From positions 1 through 57,580 of the forward strand of contig JACQXG010000004.1 in the NCBI GenBank assembly GCA_016208905.1: DNA of 57,580 nt, in the 5' to 3' direction. This document shows positions 9,687 to 18,235 of this stretch, piece after piece. A model generated the notes under the pieces. The model ran no database searches. It was not told where the DNA came from and saw only the letters and a program-made list of their open reading frames with translations. The stretch is from Nitrospirota bacterium. GTDB taxonomy: Bacteria; Nitrospirota; Thermodesulfovibrionia; UBA6902. The stretch's first letter is position 1; each line of letters starts with the position of its first letter. Position numbers and translations under genes: made by a program.

Positions 9687-10556
9687 ATGCGATTATTTTT
9701 TTCTTTTCTGATTGTTTTTATGATTTCCGGATTTTCATATGCAGCAGAGCTGACTATTGGACTTATTCCGGAACAAAACGTATTTAAGCAAATGAAAAAA
9801 TATAAACCGTTAGGTGATTATATAGAGAAAAAAACAGAACTAAAAATAAAGTTCATTGTCCTTCCCAGATACGGCAATATTATTGAGAGTTTTGAAAAAA
9901 AGCATATGGATGGCGCATTCTGGGGAAGTTTTACAGGTGCAATGGCTATAAAGAAGCTGGGTATTCGGCCTATTGCCAGACCTGTAAATCCTGATGGAAA
10001 TTCAACATATACCGGTTATATATTTGTACATAAATACAGTGTAATAGACAGTGTTGACCGAATGAGGCATTCAATTATTGCTTTTGTAGATAAAGCCACA
10101 ACAGCCGGATATGTTTACCCAGTAGCGTATTTAAGGGAGCATGGAGTAGCCGACATCAAATCTTTTTTCAAAGAATTTTATTTCACCGGCAGCCATGACG
10201 CCGCTATATATGCAGTCCTGAATAAGGAAGCGGAAATCGGTTGTGCCAAAAATACGATATTTGACAAGCTTGCGCTTGAGGACCCCCGCGTGAAAGAAGA
10301 TCTGAAAATAATAGCAACTTCACCGGCTGTGCCTTCTAACGGACTCGCCATGAAAAACAACATTGCTGCCGATATCAAGAAGAGATTACAAAAGGTCCTT
10401 CTTGAAATGGATGGCGACCCTGAGGGGAAGGAAGTCCTTAAAGAATTCGGGGCGATTAAGTTTGTAGAAACAACGGAAAATGATTATGCCCCTGTGTTCG
10501 ATCTTGCAAGAAAAGCCGGGATAGACCTGAAGAATTATAACTACAAGAATGAATAG
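9687..10556 (+). CDS. PhnD/PtxB-like phosphate/phosphite/phosphonate substrate-binding protein (orphan)
   Basis: Signal peptide ending SYA; IGLIPEQ, YTGYIFV, IAFVDKATTAGYVYP, FTGSHDAAIYAV. No permease or ATPase gene adjacent. Confidence 0.85.
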   Translation: MRLFFSFLIVFMISGFSYAAELTIGLIPEQNVFKQMKKYKPLGDYIEKKTELKIKFIVLPRYGNIIESFEKKHMDGAFWGSFTGAMAIKKLGIRPIARPVNPDGNSTYTGYIFVHKYSVIDSVDRMRHSIIAFVDKATTAGYVYPVAYLREHGVADIKSFFKEFYFTGSHDAAIYAVLNKEAEIGCAKNTIFDKLALEDPRVKEDLKIIATSPAVPSNGLAMKNNIAADIKKRLQKVLLEMDGDPEGKEVLKEFGAIKFVETTENDYAPVFDLARKAGIDLKNYNYKNE

Positions 10557-10569
10557 GGATGCAGTTTAA

Positions 10570-13470
10570 ATGAAGCGGAAAATCATTTCATCTTTATTGG
10601 CGATCTTCATATTTTTCAGTATTGGCGCCGCTATCTCTGTGCTTTATATAACCAACACCACAACAAAGCTTGAAAGTATTATTGAACTTCAGGATGTAGA
10701 ACAGCTCAGGAGGTCTCTGGTCATCAATATTCAAACGGTCCAATCCAACCTTTATGCGGTCAATACTCCTTATTCCAGGGAGCTTGATTCCATTGTAGAT
10801 AGTGTATCAAGACTTGAAGAATCGGCAAATGAGTGCACTTCCTGCCATCATTCCCCGCGATTGACCGACCGGATAACAGGTATTCAGTCACTTATAAAAG
10901 ATTATGAAGACAGTTTGAGTTATTACATAACATCAAGCGCCGGTTCGGAAAGAATTGAGAAGCTCAGAAGCGATGCCGTGAATATCGGAAACAGACTTCT
11001 TGGAATGACTGAGGAGATGTCTCATAAAGCAAGCATCTTCCTCGACTCGGAAAGAGAAAGCACCATGCAGGAGATAAATAGTGTAAAGACGATACTTCTT
11101 GGGACTATTTTATTAACTTCTTTTCTGGGTATTATGGTTGCGATAATATTAACGAGGTCTGTCACACGCCCTGTAAATGAGCTTTTAAACGCAACAAGGA
11201 TGATTTCATCAGGGAAACTCGGATCTACAATTACTTACCGGGACAGAACAGAATTTGGAGAACTTGCACAGCATTTCAATACTATGAGTATTGCTATTAA
11301 AGATGGATATGAAAAAATCAGTGAAGAAGTTGCAGAGCGCACGGTGGCGGAAGAGGCGCTTGTTAAGTCTGAAAAATTTCTCAGTACAATATTTGACAGT
11401 ATACGTGATCCTTTCTGCATTTTTGACGATGAATACAGAATAATAAAGATTAATGAGGCGTATGCAGATATAAAGAATAAAGGGGCAGATGAGCTTATCG
11501 GAAAAAAATGTTATGAAGTGATACATGGCAGAAGGACGTATTGTGAAGACTGTATAGTAGCAACAACTTTTAAATCCAAGGACCCATGTGCGAAAGATAA
11601 GCGTGTAATATATAAAGACGGCTCGCCCTTGTGGTCGGAGATTTATACTTATCCTATCTTTAATGAAAAAGGGGACGTATCTTATATTATCGAATATACG
11701 AGGGACATCACCGACCGCAAGAAAACGGAAGAAAAACTGAAAAAAAGCGAGGAGCGTTATGCATTGGCTGCGCGCGGCGCAAATGACGGCCTGTGGGACT
11801 GGGACCTGAAGTCCAACATCGTATTTTATTCTCCCCGATGGAAGTCGCTTCTTGGTTTTGAGGAGGATGAAATTAAAAACAGTCCTGATGAATGGATCGA
11901 GCGGGTCCATCCGGATGAGCGTATTCATGTGGAGATGGAAATAAAGGCGCATATTGACGGCCATGCCCCCAGTTTCAAGAGCGAGCATCGCATGCTGAAC
12001 AAGGATGGGGAATACCGCTGGATGCTCAGCCGAGGGCTTTCTGTTTGTGATGAGGCAGAGAAAGCCCACCGGATGGTTGGTTCGATGACAGACATAACAG
12101 AACGTAAAATGGCTGAGGAGCAGCTTATGTTTGATGCGTTGCATGATTCTCTGACTGGTCTTCCTAACAGGGCGCTTTTTATGGACCGCCTCGGGCACGC
12201 AGTTGACAGGGAAAAGAGGAACAGTCAATACATGTTTGCCGTACTTTTCCTGGACATGGACCGTTTCAAGGTTTTCAATGATAGTATGGGACATACGATA
12301 GGCGATGAACTGCTTATTGCCGTAAGCAAAAGACTTGAAGATAGTCTTCGCCCGGGTGATACAGTCGCACGGTTCGGGGGAGACGAGTTCGCAGTCTTGC
12401 TTGAAGATGTAGCAAGCAGGAGAGAGGCAATATTTATTGCCGAGAGGATACAGGAAAAATTTGCATTGCCGTTCAATCTGAACGGCCAGGAGGTGTTTAC
12501 TTCAGTAAGTATAGGTATTGCTTATAGCACAACCGGATATGAACAGCCGGAAAACCTCCTGCGCAATGCCGACATTGCAATGTACCATGCCAAATCAAAT
12601 AGCGGCAATGCCAAATACAAGGTGTTTGATACAGGGATGTATGCTACTGCAGTTGCCCGTTTGAAACTGGAGAACAACCTGCGGCAGGCAGTTAAGCAGA
12701 ATGAGTTTTGCCTTCACTATCAGCCGATAATATCCATGCAGGATGGGCGAATTGTCTGCATGGAAGCTCTTATAAGGTGGCAGCATCCGACCCGGGGATT
12801 TATACCTCCACTTGAGTTTATTCCGACCGCTGAAGAGACGGGGTTGATAATTGAGATTGGAGAATGGGTGCTTCGTGAAGCGTGCGGTCAGTTGAGTACA
12901 TGGCAGAAGCAGTTCCCTTCGGTATCGCCTTTGTCCGTCAGTGTCAATATATCCAGCAGGCAAATATTACCCAAACTGATTAATCAGATAAAACAGGTAC
13001 TCCGGGATACCGGTCTTAAACCGGAATGTTTAACGCTGGAGATTACCGAAAGCATGATCATGGAAAATGCAAAACTGGTCTCTCCTATGTTAATGCAATT
13101 GAGAGATATGAAGGTCAAAATTCACATTGACGATTTCGGTACCGGGTACTCATCACTGAGTTATTTACATCAATTCCCGGTTGATGTTCTAAAAATTGAT
13201 CGCTCTTTTGTAAAAAGGCTTGGTAAGAATGAAGATAACCTGGAAATTATCAAGGCAATAACAACCCTGGCTCACAGTTTAAACATGGAAGTAATTGCGG
13301 AAGGGGTGGAAACAGAGTATCAACTTGCTCATCTTAGAGCTCTGAAATGCGAATATATGCAGGGATATTTATTTTCGAAACCTCTAAATATTACAGATAT
13401 GGAGGCCTTATTAGGAAAAGGCCGGATAGATATAATTACTTTCTTCACCCGCACCCAGTATATAGGTTAA
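10570..13470 (+). CDS. Membrane diguanylate cyclase/phosphodiesterase: periplasmic CxxCH domain-HAMP-PAS-PAS-GGDEF-EAL
   Basis: Two TM helices flank a domain containing CTSCH; HAMP; two PAS/PAC; HDSLTGLPNR, RPGD I-site, GGDEF; EALIRW, DDFGTGYSS, KIDRSF, EGVE. Confidence 0.93.
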   Translation: MKRKIISSLLAIFIFFSIGAAISVLYITNTTTKLESIIELQDVEQLRRSLVINIQTVQSNLYAVNTPYSRELDSIVDSVSRLEESANECTSCHHSPRLTDRITGIQSLIKDYEDSLSYYITSSAGSERIEKLRSDAVNIGNRLLGMTEEMSHKASIFLDSERESTMQEINSVKTILLGTILLTSFLGIMVAIILTRSVTRPVNELLNATRMISSGKLGSTITYRDRTEFGELAQHFNTMSIAIKDGYEKISEEVAERTVAEEALVKSEKFLSTIFDSIRDPFCIFDDEYRIIKINEAYADIKNKGADELIGKKCYEVIHGRRTYCEDCIVATTFKSKDPCAKDKRVIYKDGSPLWSEIYTYPIFNEKGDVSYIIEYTRDITDRKKTEEKLKKSEERYALAARGANDGLWDWDLKSNIVFYSPRWKSLLGFEEDEIKNSPDEWIERVHPDERIHVEMEIKAHIDGHAPSFKSEHRMLNKDGEYRWMLSRGLSVCDEAEKAHRMVGSMTDITERKMAEEQLMFDALHDSLTGLPNRALFMDRLGHAVDREKRNSQYMFAVLFLDMDRFKVFNDSMGHTIGDELLIAVSKRLEDSLRPGDTVARFGGDEFAVLLEDVASRREAIFIAERIQEKFALPFNLNGQEVFTSVSIGIAYSTTGYEQPENLLRNADIAMYHAKSNSGNAKYKVFDTGMYATAVARLKLENNLRQAVKQNEFCLHYQPIISMQDGRIVCMEALIRWQHPTRGFIPPLEFIPTAEETGLIIEIGEWVLREACGQLSTWQKQFPSVSPLSVSVNISSRQILPKLINQIKQVLRDTGLKPECLTLEITESMIMENAKLVSPMLMQLRDMKVKIHIDDFGTGYSSLSYLHQFPVDVLKIDRSFVKRLGKNEDNLEIIKAITTLAHSLNMEVIAEGVETEYQLAHLRALKCEYMQGYLFSKPLNITDMEALLGKGRIDIITFFTRTQYIG

Positions 13471-13481
13471 CCGGGACTGAT

Positions 13482-15518
13482 TCATTCAACTATCTTGGAA
13501 AAATCTCCCAGCAAATCAAAGGATTTTTTAACGGACAGGAGTAAGGCAAGCCTGTTATCTTTTATTTGCGGATTTTTATCCATGACGAGGACACTGTTAA
13601 AGAATGAATTTATGGGCCCTTCAAGCTTATATAAAACCATGAAATCCCCTGCTGACAGTTTACTTTTGATTTTTTGTGCAGCGCTGAACAATTCCTTCTC
13701 TGAGGGCTCTGACAATAAGCTTTCATTTACTTCGCCCGGCTGAACGTCAGCAAGGATATTATAGACTCTCTTTGCTGCCATAAGCAGGGCAGGGAACCCC
13801 GGTCCTTTTTTCATTGCGGATAAAGATTGAATTTTTTGATTAATATCAGTGAAATTTAACTCAGTCACTGAAAGTACAGAATTGATAATATCATAACTGT
13901 GCCCCTGAGACAGTAATATACCTTCAAGTCTCTGAGTAAAAAACTGCAGAATCCTGTCAGTCAGCTTTGCACGGTTTTCTTCTGAGGTCTCCAGGGTTTT
14001 AAGGGAAGATGTTATAAGTGAATTGATAGTCAAAGTGTAAGCATTACTTTGTAGGATGTTTATTATTCCCGCAGCCTGCCTCCTCAAAGCAAAAGGGTCT
14101 TCAGATCCCGACGGAATCATGTCGAGATAAAAGAAGGATGCAATGTTGTCCATTTTATCGGCAATAGAGACTATTGTGCCGATTTCGCCGGAAGGCAGCG
14201 AGTCCCCTGCAAACCTGGGCAGGTAATGTTCAAATATTGCAGACGCAATATCACTGTCTTCTCCCGAAATTTGCGCGTAGGTCATTCCCATATAGCCCTG
14301 CAGCTCAGGGAACTCTCCAACTACTCCTGTTACTATATCTGCTTTACACAGCATGGAAGCCCTCTGAATCTTTTCTTTTAAATCCGGATTAATCAGTCCA
14401 GAGATAAACGAAGAAATAGAGGATATTCTTTTCGTTTTTTCATATAAGCTCCCGAGCTTTTCCTGAAAGGTCACTTTTTTTAATTCTGCTACATAATCCC
14501 AAAAGGCTTTTTTCCGGTCTTCAACATAATAAAACCTTGCATCCTCCAGTCTGGCCCTGAGGACACGCTCTGCGCCTTTTATTACCGTATTATTAACGGC
14601 ACTGCTCATGTTGCTGATTACGATAAAGGACGACTTCATGTTGCCTTCCCTGTCTTCCATGGAAAAATATTTCTGATGAGTTTTCATTACCGTTATCAGG
14701 AGCTCTTTAGGAAGAGACAGATACTTGTCTTCAAAGCTCCCTTGAACAGCGGTAGGGCACTCAACAAGATTTGTGACGATGTCCAGAAGTTCTGGGTCTT
14801 CATGGACTTTGCAATTAGCAGATGCTTCTATTTTAAGTATGCCTTCCGAGATTTTATTTCTTCTTTCATAATAGTCGGCAAAGACATGATTCTGCTTAAG
14901 GGAAGTCAAATATGAAAAAGGATTATTGATTTCAATAGCGGACGGAGACAGGAATCTGTGGCCGTATGAAATGTTGCCGCTTTTTATGGAATCCAGCGCA
15001 AAGGGGATGACTTCATTGCCCAGCATAGCGAGTATCCACTGAATAGGCCTGAAATACTTCAAAGTGCCGTCACCCCATCTCATCGACCTGGGAAGCTGAA
15101 GTGATGAGATCAGTTTCGGCAAGGTCTCTGAAAGAACATCCGCTGTCGGTTTGCCTTTTTCCTCAATCGTAGCTGAGACATACTCGCCGCGGTCTGTTTT
15201 TTTTATCATAAGATCCGTTACATTAATATTCAGTGACCTTGCAAAACCTGAAGCGGCTTTGGTCGGATTGCCGTCAGCGTCATAAGCAGCTTTCTTCGGA
15301 GGTCCGAGATACTCTATCGCCCTGTCATCCTGCTGTTCGGCAACACTGTCAACAAGCAGTGTCACTCTTCTTGGTGTCGAGTATTCAGATATGGCGCCGG
15401 ACTTGATAGAAGACTTTTCCAGCAACTGAATGACATCTTCTTTCAGTAATGCGAGACCTCTGGAAATAAACCTGGCCGGTATTTCTTCAGATCCTATTTC
15501 AATTAGTAAGGGTTTCAT
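13482..15518 (-). CDS. glyS: Glycine--tRNA ligase beta subunit
   Basis: LLIEIGSEEIP, TPRR, MRWG, HQKYF, RVLRARLEDARF, EFPELQGYMG, GSEDPFALRR, NRLALL. Confidence 0.96.
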   Translation of the reverse strand: MKPLLIEIGSEEIPARFISRGLALLKEDVIQLLEKSSIKSGAISEYSTPRRVTLLVDSVAEQQDDRAIEYLGPPKKAAYDADGNPTKAASGFARSLNINVTDLMIKKTDRGEYVSATIEEKGKPTADVLSETLPKLISSLQLPRSMRWGDGTLKYFRPIQWILAMLGNEVIPFALDSIKSGNISYGHRFLSPSAIEINNPFSYLTSLKQNHVFADYYERRNKISEGILKIEASANCKVHEDPELLDIVTNLVECPTAVQGSFEDKYLSLPKELLITVMKTHQKYFSMEDREGNMKSSFIVISNMSSAVNNTVIKGAERVLRARLEDARFYYVEDRKKAFWDYVAELKKVTFQEKLGSLYEKTKRISSISSFISGLINPDLKEKIQRASMLCKADIVTGVVGEFPELQGYMGMTYAQISGEDSDIASAIFEHYLPRFAGDSLPSGEIGTIVSIADKMDNIASFFYLDMIPSGSEDPFALRRQAAGIINILQSNAYTLTINSLITSSLKTLETSEENRAKLTDRILQFFTQRLEGILLSQGHSYDIINSVLSVTELNFTDINQKIQSLSAMKKGPGFPALLMAAKRVYNILADVQPGEVNESLLSEPSEKELFSAAQKIKSKLSAGDFMVLYKLEGPINSFFNSVLVMDKNPQIKDNRLALLLSVKKSFDLLGDFSKIVE

Positions 15519-15527
15519 ATAAAAAAA

Positions 15528-15599
15528 GTTCCAACCGTGTCAACTGTTCCAGCAGTTTCATCCGTTCAAACGGCTCAAGCTGTTGAAACGGTTCAAGCT
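15528..15599. repeat. Degenerate 9-bp tandem repeat, 8 units, filling the glyQ-glyS spacer
   Basis: GTTCCAACC GTGTCAACT GTTCCAGCA GTTTCATCC GTTCAAACG GCTCAAGCT GTTGAAACG GTTCAAGCT. Confidence 0.75.
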
Positions 15600-16470
15600 A
15601 TTTATTCTTAAGCAACGGGAATCCCATTTCCTCTCTCAGCTTGAGATAGCCGTTCGCACATTTTCTGGCAAGGTTTCTTACTCTTGCTATGTAAGCTGTC
15701 CTCTCTGTAACACTGATGGCCCCGCGGGCGTCAAGTAAGTTAAAGCTGTGAGAACATTTAAGGCAGTAATCATATGCGGGCAGAACAAGACTTTGTTTAA
15801 TCAGGCTTAATGCCTCTGCCTCATATTTATCGAACAGGCTGAAAAGCAGGTCCGTATTGGCTGCATCAAAATTGTATTTGGAAAACTGAACTTCCGTTTC
15901 ATGGTGGATATCACCATACGTTATCTCTTTATTCCACTTAAGGTCATAGACATTGTCGACTTCCTGAAGATACATGGCAATCCGCTCAAGACCGTACGTT
16001 AATTCAACTGATACCGGCTTTAACTCGATGCCGCCTACCTGCTGGAAATAGGTGAACTGGGTCACTTCCATACCGTCAAGCCATATTTCCCAGCCAAGTC
16101 CCCAAGCCCCAAGAGTGGGAGATTCCCAATCGTCTTCAACAAACCTTATATCATGTTTGAGCAGGTCGATGTTTATAGCTTTCAAACTCTGAAGATAAAG
16201 GTCCTGTGTATCGGGAGGAGAGGGTTTCAGTATGACCTGATATTGGTAATAGTGCTGAAGCCTGTTGGGGTTTTCTCCGTATCTGCCGTCCGTAGGTCTT
16301 CTTGATGGTTCAACGTATGCCGTCTTCCAGGGTTCTGGTCCGAGTACCCTGAAAAATGTTGCCGGATTGAAGGTCCCCGCGCCTACCTCAATGTCATAAG
16401 GCTGATGTATTACACATCCTTTTTCAATCCAGAAATTATGGAGTTTTAAGATTAAATCCTGTAAGTACAA
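15598..16470 (-). CDS. glyQ: Glycine--tRNA ligase alpha subunit
   Basis: [58 protein letters not shown]; TTG start. Confidence 0.97.
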   Translation of the reverse strand: MYLQDLILKLHNFWIEKGCVIHQPYDIEVGAGTFNPATFFRVLGPEPWKTAYVEPSRRPTDGRYGENPNRLQHYYQYQVILKPSPPDTQDLYLQSLKAINIDLLKHDIRFVEDDWESPTLGAWGLGWEIWLDGMEVTQFTYFQQVGGIELKPVSVELTYGLERIAMYLQEVDNVYDLKWNKEITYGDIHHETEVQFSKYNFDAANTDLLFSLFDKYEAEALSLIKQSLVLPAYDYCLKCSHSFNLLDARGAISVTERTAYIARVRNLARKCANGYLKLREEMGFPLLKNK

Positions 16471-16688
16471 TTTTTTATTCTTTCCCTGAGGATTTTTGAA
16501 AGCTTCTTTATTTATGAGAATAAATCTTATAAAGAAGCGTGTAGGTTTGTCAAATTGGAAAAAGCAAACAGCACAAAAAATAGTGTAAATAGGATAAGAT
16601 GTTATTCTACGGGTGGTATATGAGTAATAAAAAATATTTCTATAATTTAAAGACTGAAAGCTGACAGCTTAATAATGACAGCTACTTT

Positions 16689-16730
16689 TATGATGAAGAT
16701 CATAGAATAATATCGTTTATAAGTTATAAT
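16689..16730 (+). promoter_or_regulatory. CRP/FNR-family-like box TATGAT-N4-ATCATA with downstream -10 TATAAT
   Basis: TATGATGAAGATCATA at 16689-16704; TATAAT at 16725-16730; spacing fits a class II site centred near -41. Confidence 0.6.
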
Positions 16731-16757
16731 AAAAATAAAAATAACTAAGGAGGCAAT

Positions 16758-16985
16758 ATGTTGAAAGAAAAAGTTGAGGAAGTATTGGGAAGAGTAAGAC
16801 CTTTACTTCAGAGGGATGGTGGAGATGTTGTGCTTGTTGATGTTCAGGATGATGGTGTAGTAAAAGTAAAACTAACAGGCGCTTGTTCGGGATGCCCCAT
16901 GTCCACCATGACTCTGAAAAATGCAATTGAAGAAACAATTAAAAAAGAAATCCCCGAGATAAAATCCGTTGAACAAGTCAGCTAG
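16758..16985 (+). CDS. NifU C-terminal/Nfu-type Fe-S carrier protein
   Basis: VRPLLQRDGGDVVLV...LTGACSGCPMSTMTLKNAIE; AAGGAGG SD. Confidence 0.92.
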   Translation: MLKEKVEEVLGRVRPLLQRDGGDVVLVDVQDDGVVKVKLTGACSGCPMSTMTLKNAIEETIKKEIPEIKSVEQVS

Positions 16986-17062
16986 TTATACTGATAAGTG
17001 ATCAATTAATAATTTATATTATTGAGCTGATTAATAGGTTTTTATAGAGTGCGAGGTAAAAA

Positions 17063-17464
17063 ATGGAACGAATAGTTGTCTTGTATCTAAGAATGAGTGT
17101 TATCTATTTTGTTTTGGGTGTAGTGGTTGGTTTTGGAATGCTTTTATGGCCGGATGAATCAGGTTATTATATGTCTAGTCATGTTCATTTGAATCTTCTT
17201 GGTTTTATGTCTATGATGATTTACGGAGTTGGATACCATATATTGCCAAAATTTAGCGGTAGACTTATATACAGCCCTCGAATAATGAAGGTTCAATTCT
17301 GGTTGGCAAATGCGGGTCTGATAGGTATGGTGATCAGCTGGCCATTTACTGCTGGAGGAGACGCTTCTATGTTTGAATCTGTACTTATATTTTCGGCGCT
17401 ACTATCATTAATTTCAATAATATTGTTTGCAATTAATATTCTGAAAACGATCAAGTCTGTGTAA
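17063..17464 (+). CDS. Small 4-TM membrane protein resembling the HxH helix region of heme-copper oxidase/NorB subunit I
   Basis: SHVHLNLLGFMSMMIYGVGYHILP and QFWLANAGLIG motifs; four hydrophobic segments. Confidence 0.7.
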   Translation: MERIVVLYLRMSVIYFVLGVVVGFGMLLWPDESGYYMSSHVHLNLLGFMSMMIYGVGYHILPKFSGRLIYSPRIMKVQFWLANAGLIGMVISWPFTAGGDASMFESVLIFSALLSLISIILFAINILKTIKSV

Positions 17465-17483
17465 TTTCATTCCCTTTCCCCCT

Positions 17484-17526
17484 TATGATTCAAATCATAG
17501 GATGTATCTGTTTTTTCTTCTAATAT
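17484..17526 (+). promoter_or_regulatory. Second CRP/FNR-family-like box TATGAT-N4-ATCATA with -10-like TAATAT
   Basis: TATGATTCAAATCATA at 17484-17499; TAATAT at 17521-17526 puts the centre near -41.5. Confidence 0.6.
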
Positions 17527-17621
17527 AAAAATAAGTCCGTGATTCAGAGATATAGAAAAATGGCGGATTAAAATGTAATCGTGGCAAAAAATTGGTTTAA
17601 TCAAAAAGGAGGAGAGTAACT

Positions 17622-17840
17622 ATGACAATCGAAATAACAAAGGACTCTATTATTGGAAATGTTATTAAGGAGATTCCAGGAGCAAAACAGGTAATAGAAA
17701 AATATTTTGGCAATGGTTGCTTTACATGCCCGGGAATAAATATAGAGTCGATTGCTTTTGGAGCAACTATGCATAATTTGGATCCCGAGAAGTTAGTAAG
17801 CGAAATTAGAAAACTTATGGAGAACAACAATGGAACATAA
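17622..17840 (+). CDS. DUF1858-like (hybrid cluster protein-associated) small Cys protein
   Basis: ITKDSIIGNVIKEIP...YFGNGCFTCPG...ESIAFGATMHNLD; AGGAGG SD. Confidence 0.85.
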   Translation: MTIEITKDSIIGNVIKEIPGAKQVIEKYFGNGCFTCPGINIESIAFGATMHNLDPEKLVSEIRKLMENNNGT

Positions 17841-18235
17841 GTGCATGAATTGCGGGATTCAGAGTGAAGATGTTTTATTACTTTCATGCGAATATAAAGG
17901 AGAGCAATTATTCATTTGTATGAAATGCCTTCCTGTTTTTATCTACAGTTCTCATTAAGTAGTGGGTTTGATTTAAAGAAGCTATAAGCAATTATATGAA
18001 CTCCTTTTAAACATCTCTCCTTGGTAGTAACCTCGTGGCATTGCACAATTTATTTTGTTGCTTTATATTATTCACATTTTCCTTTAAAAATGAAATTTTA
18101 GATGGCATATAATGTTTGTGTAAAATTTCTTGACAAGTGTTTTTGTATATGTTATTTTTAGACTAAGCTTTTCTAATTAACAAGTTACATTAATTATCAA
18201 TTTACTTTGGATTGTCAAAAAAAGGGAGGATGTTT

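Noticed and set aside
10554-10572. TAG read-through fusing the PhnD-like protein to the GGDEF-EAL protein
   Set aside because: The 13-nt gap puts the two ORFs in different frames.
11209-12294. 361-aa minus-strand ORF
   Set aside because: Lies wholly antisense to the GGDEF-EAL gene and has no recognisable motifs.
15528-15599. CRISPR array interpretation
   Set aside because: 9-bp contiguous units without unique spacers; no cas genes in the window.
18036-18120. TGGCAT hexamers upstream of the PilZ activator as sigma54 promoters
   Set aside because: Neither has TTGC at the required GG-N10-GC spacing.
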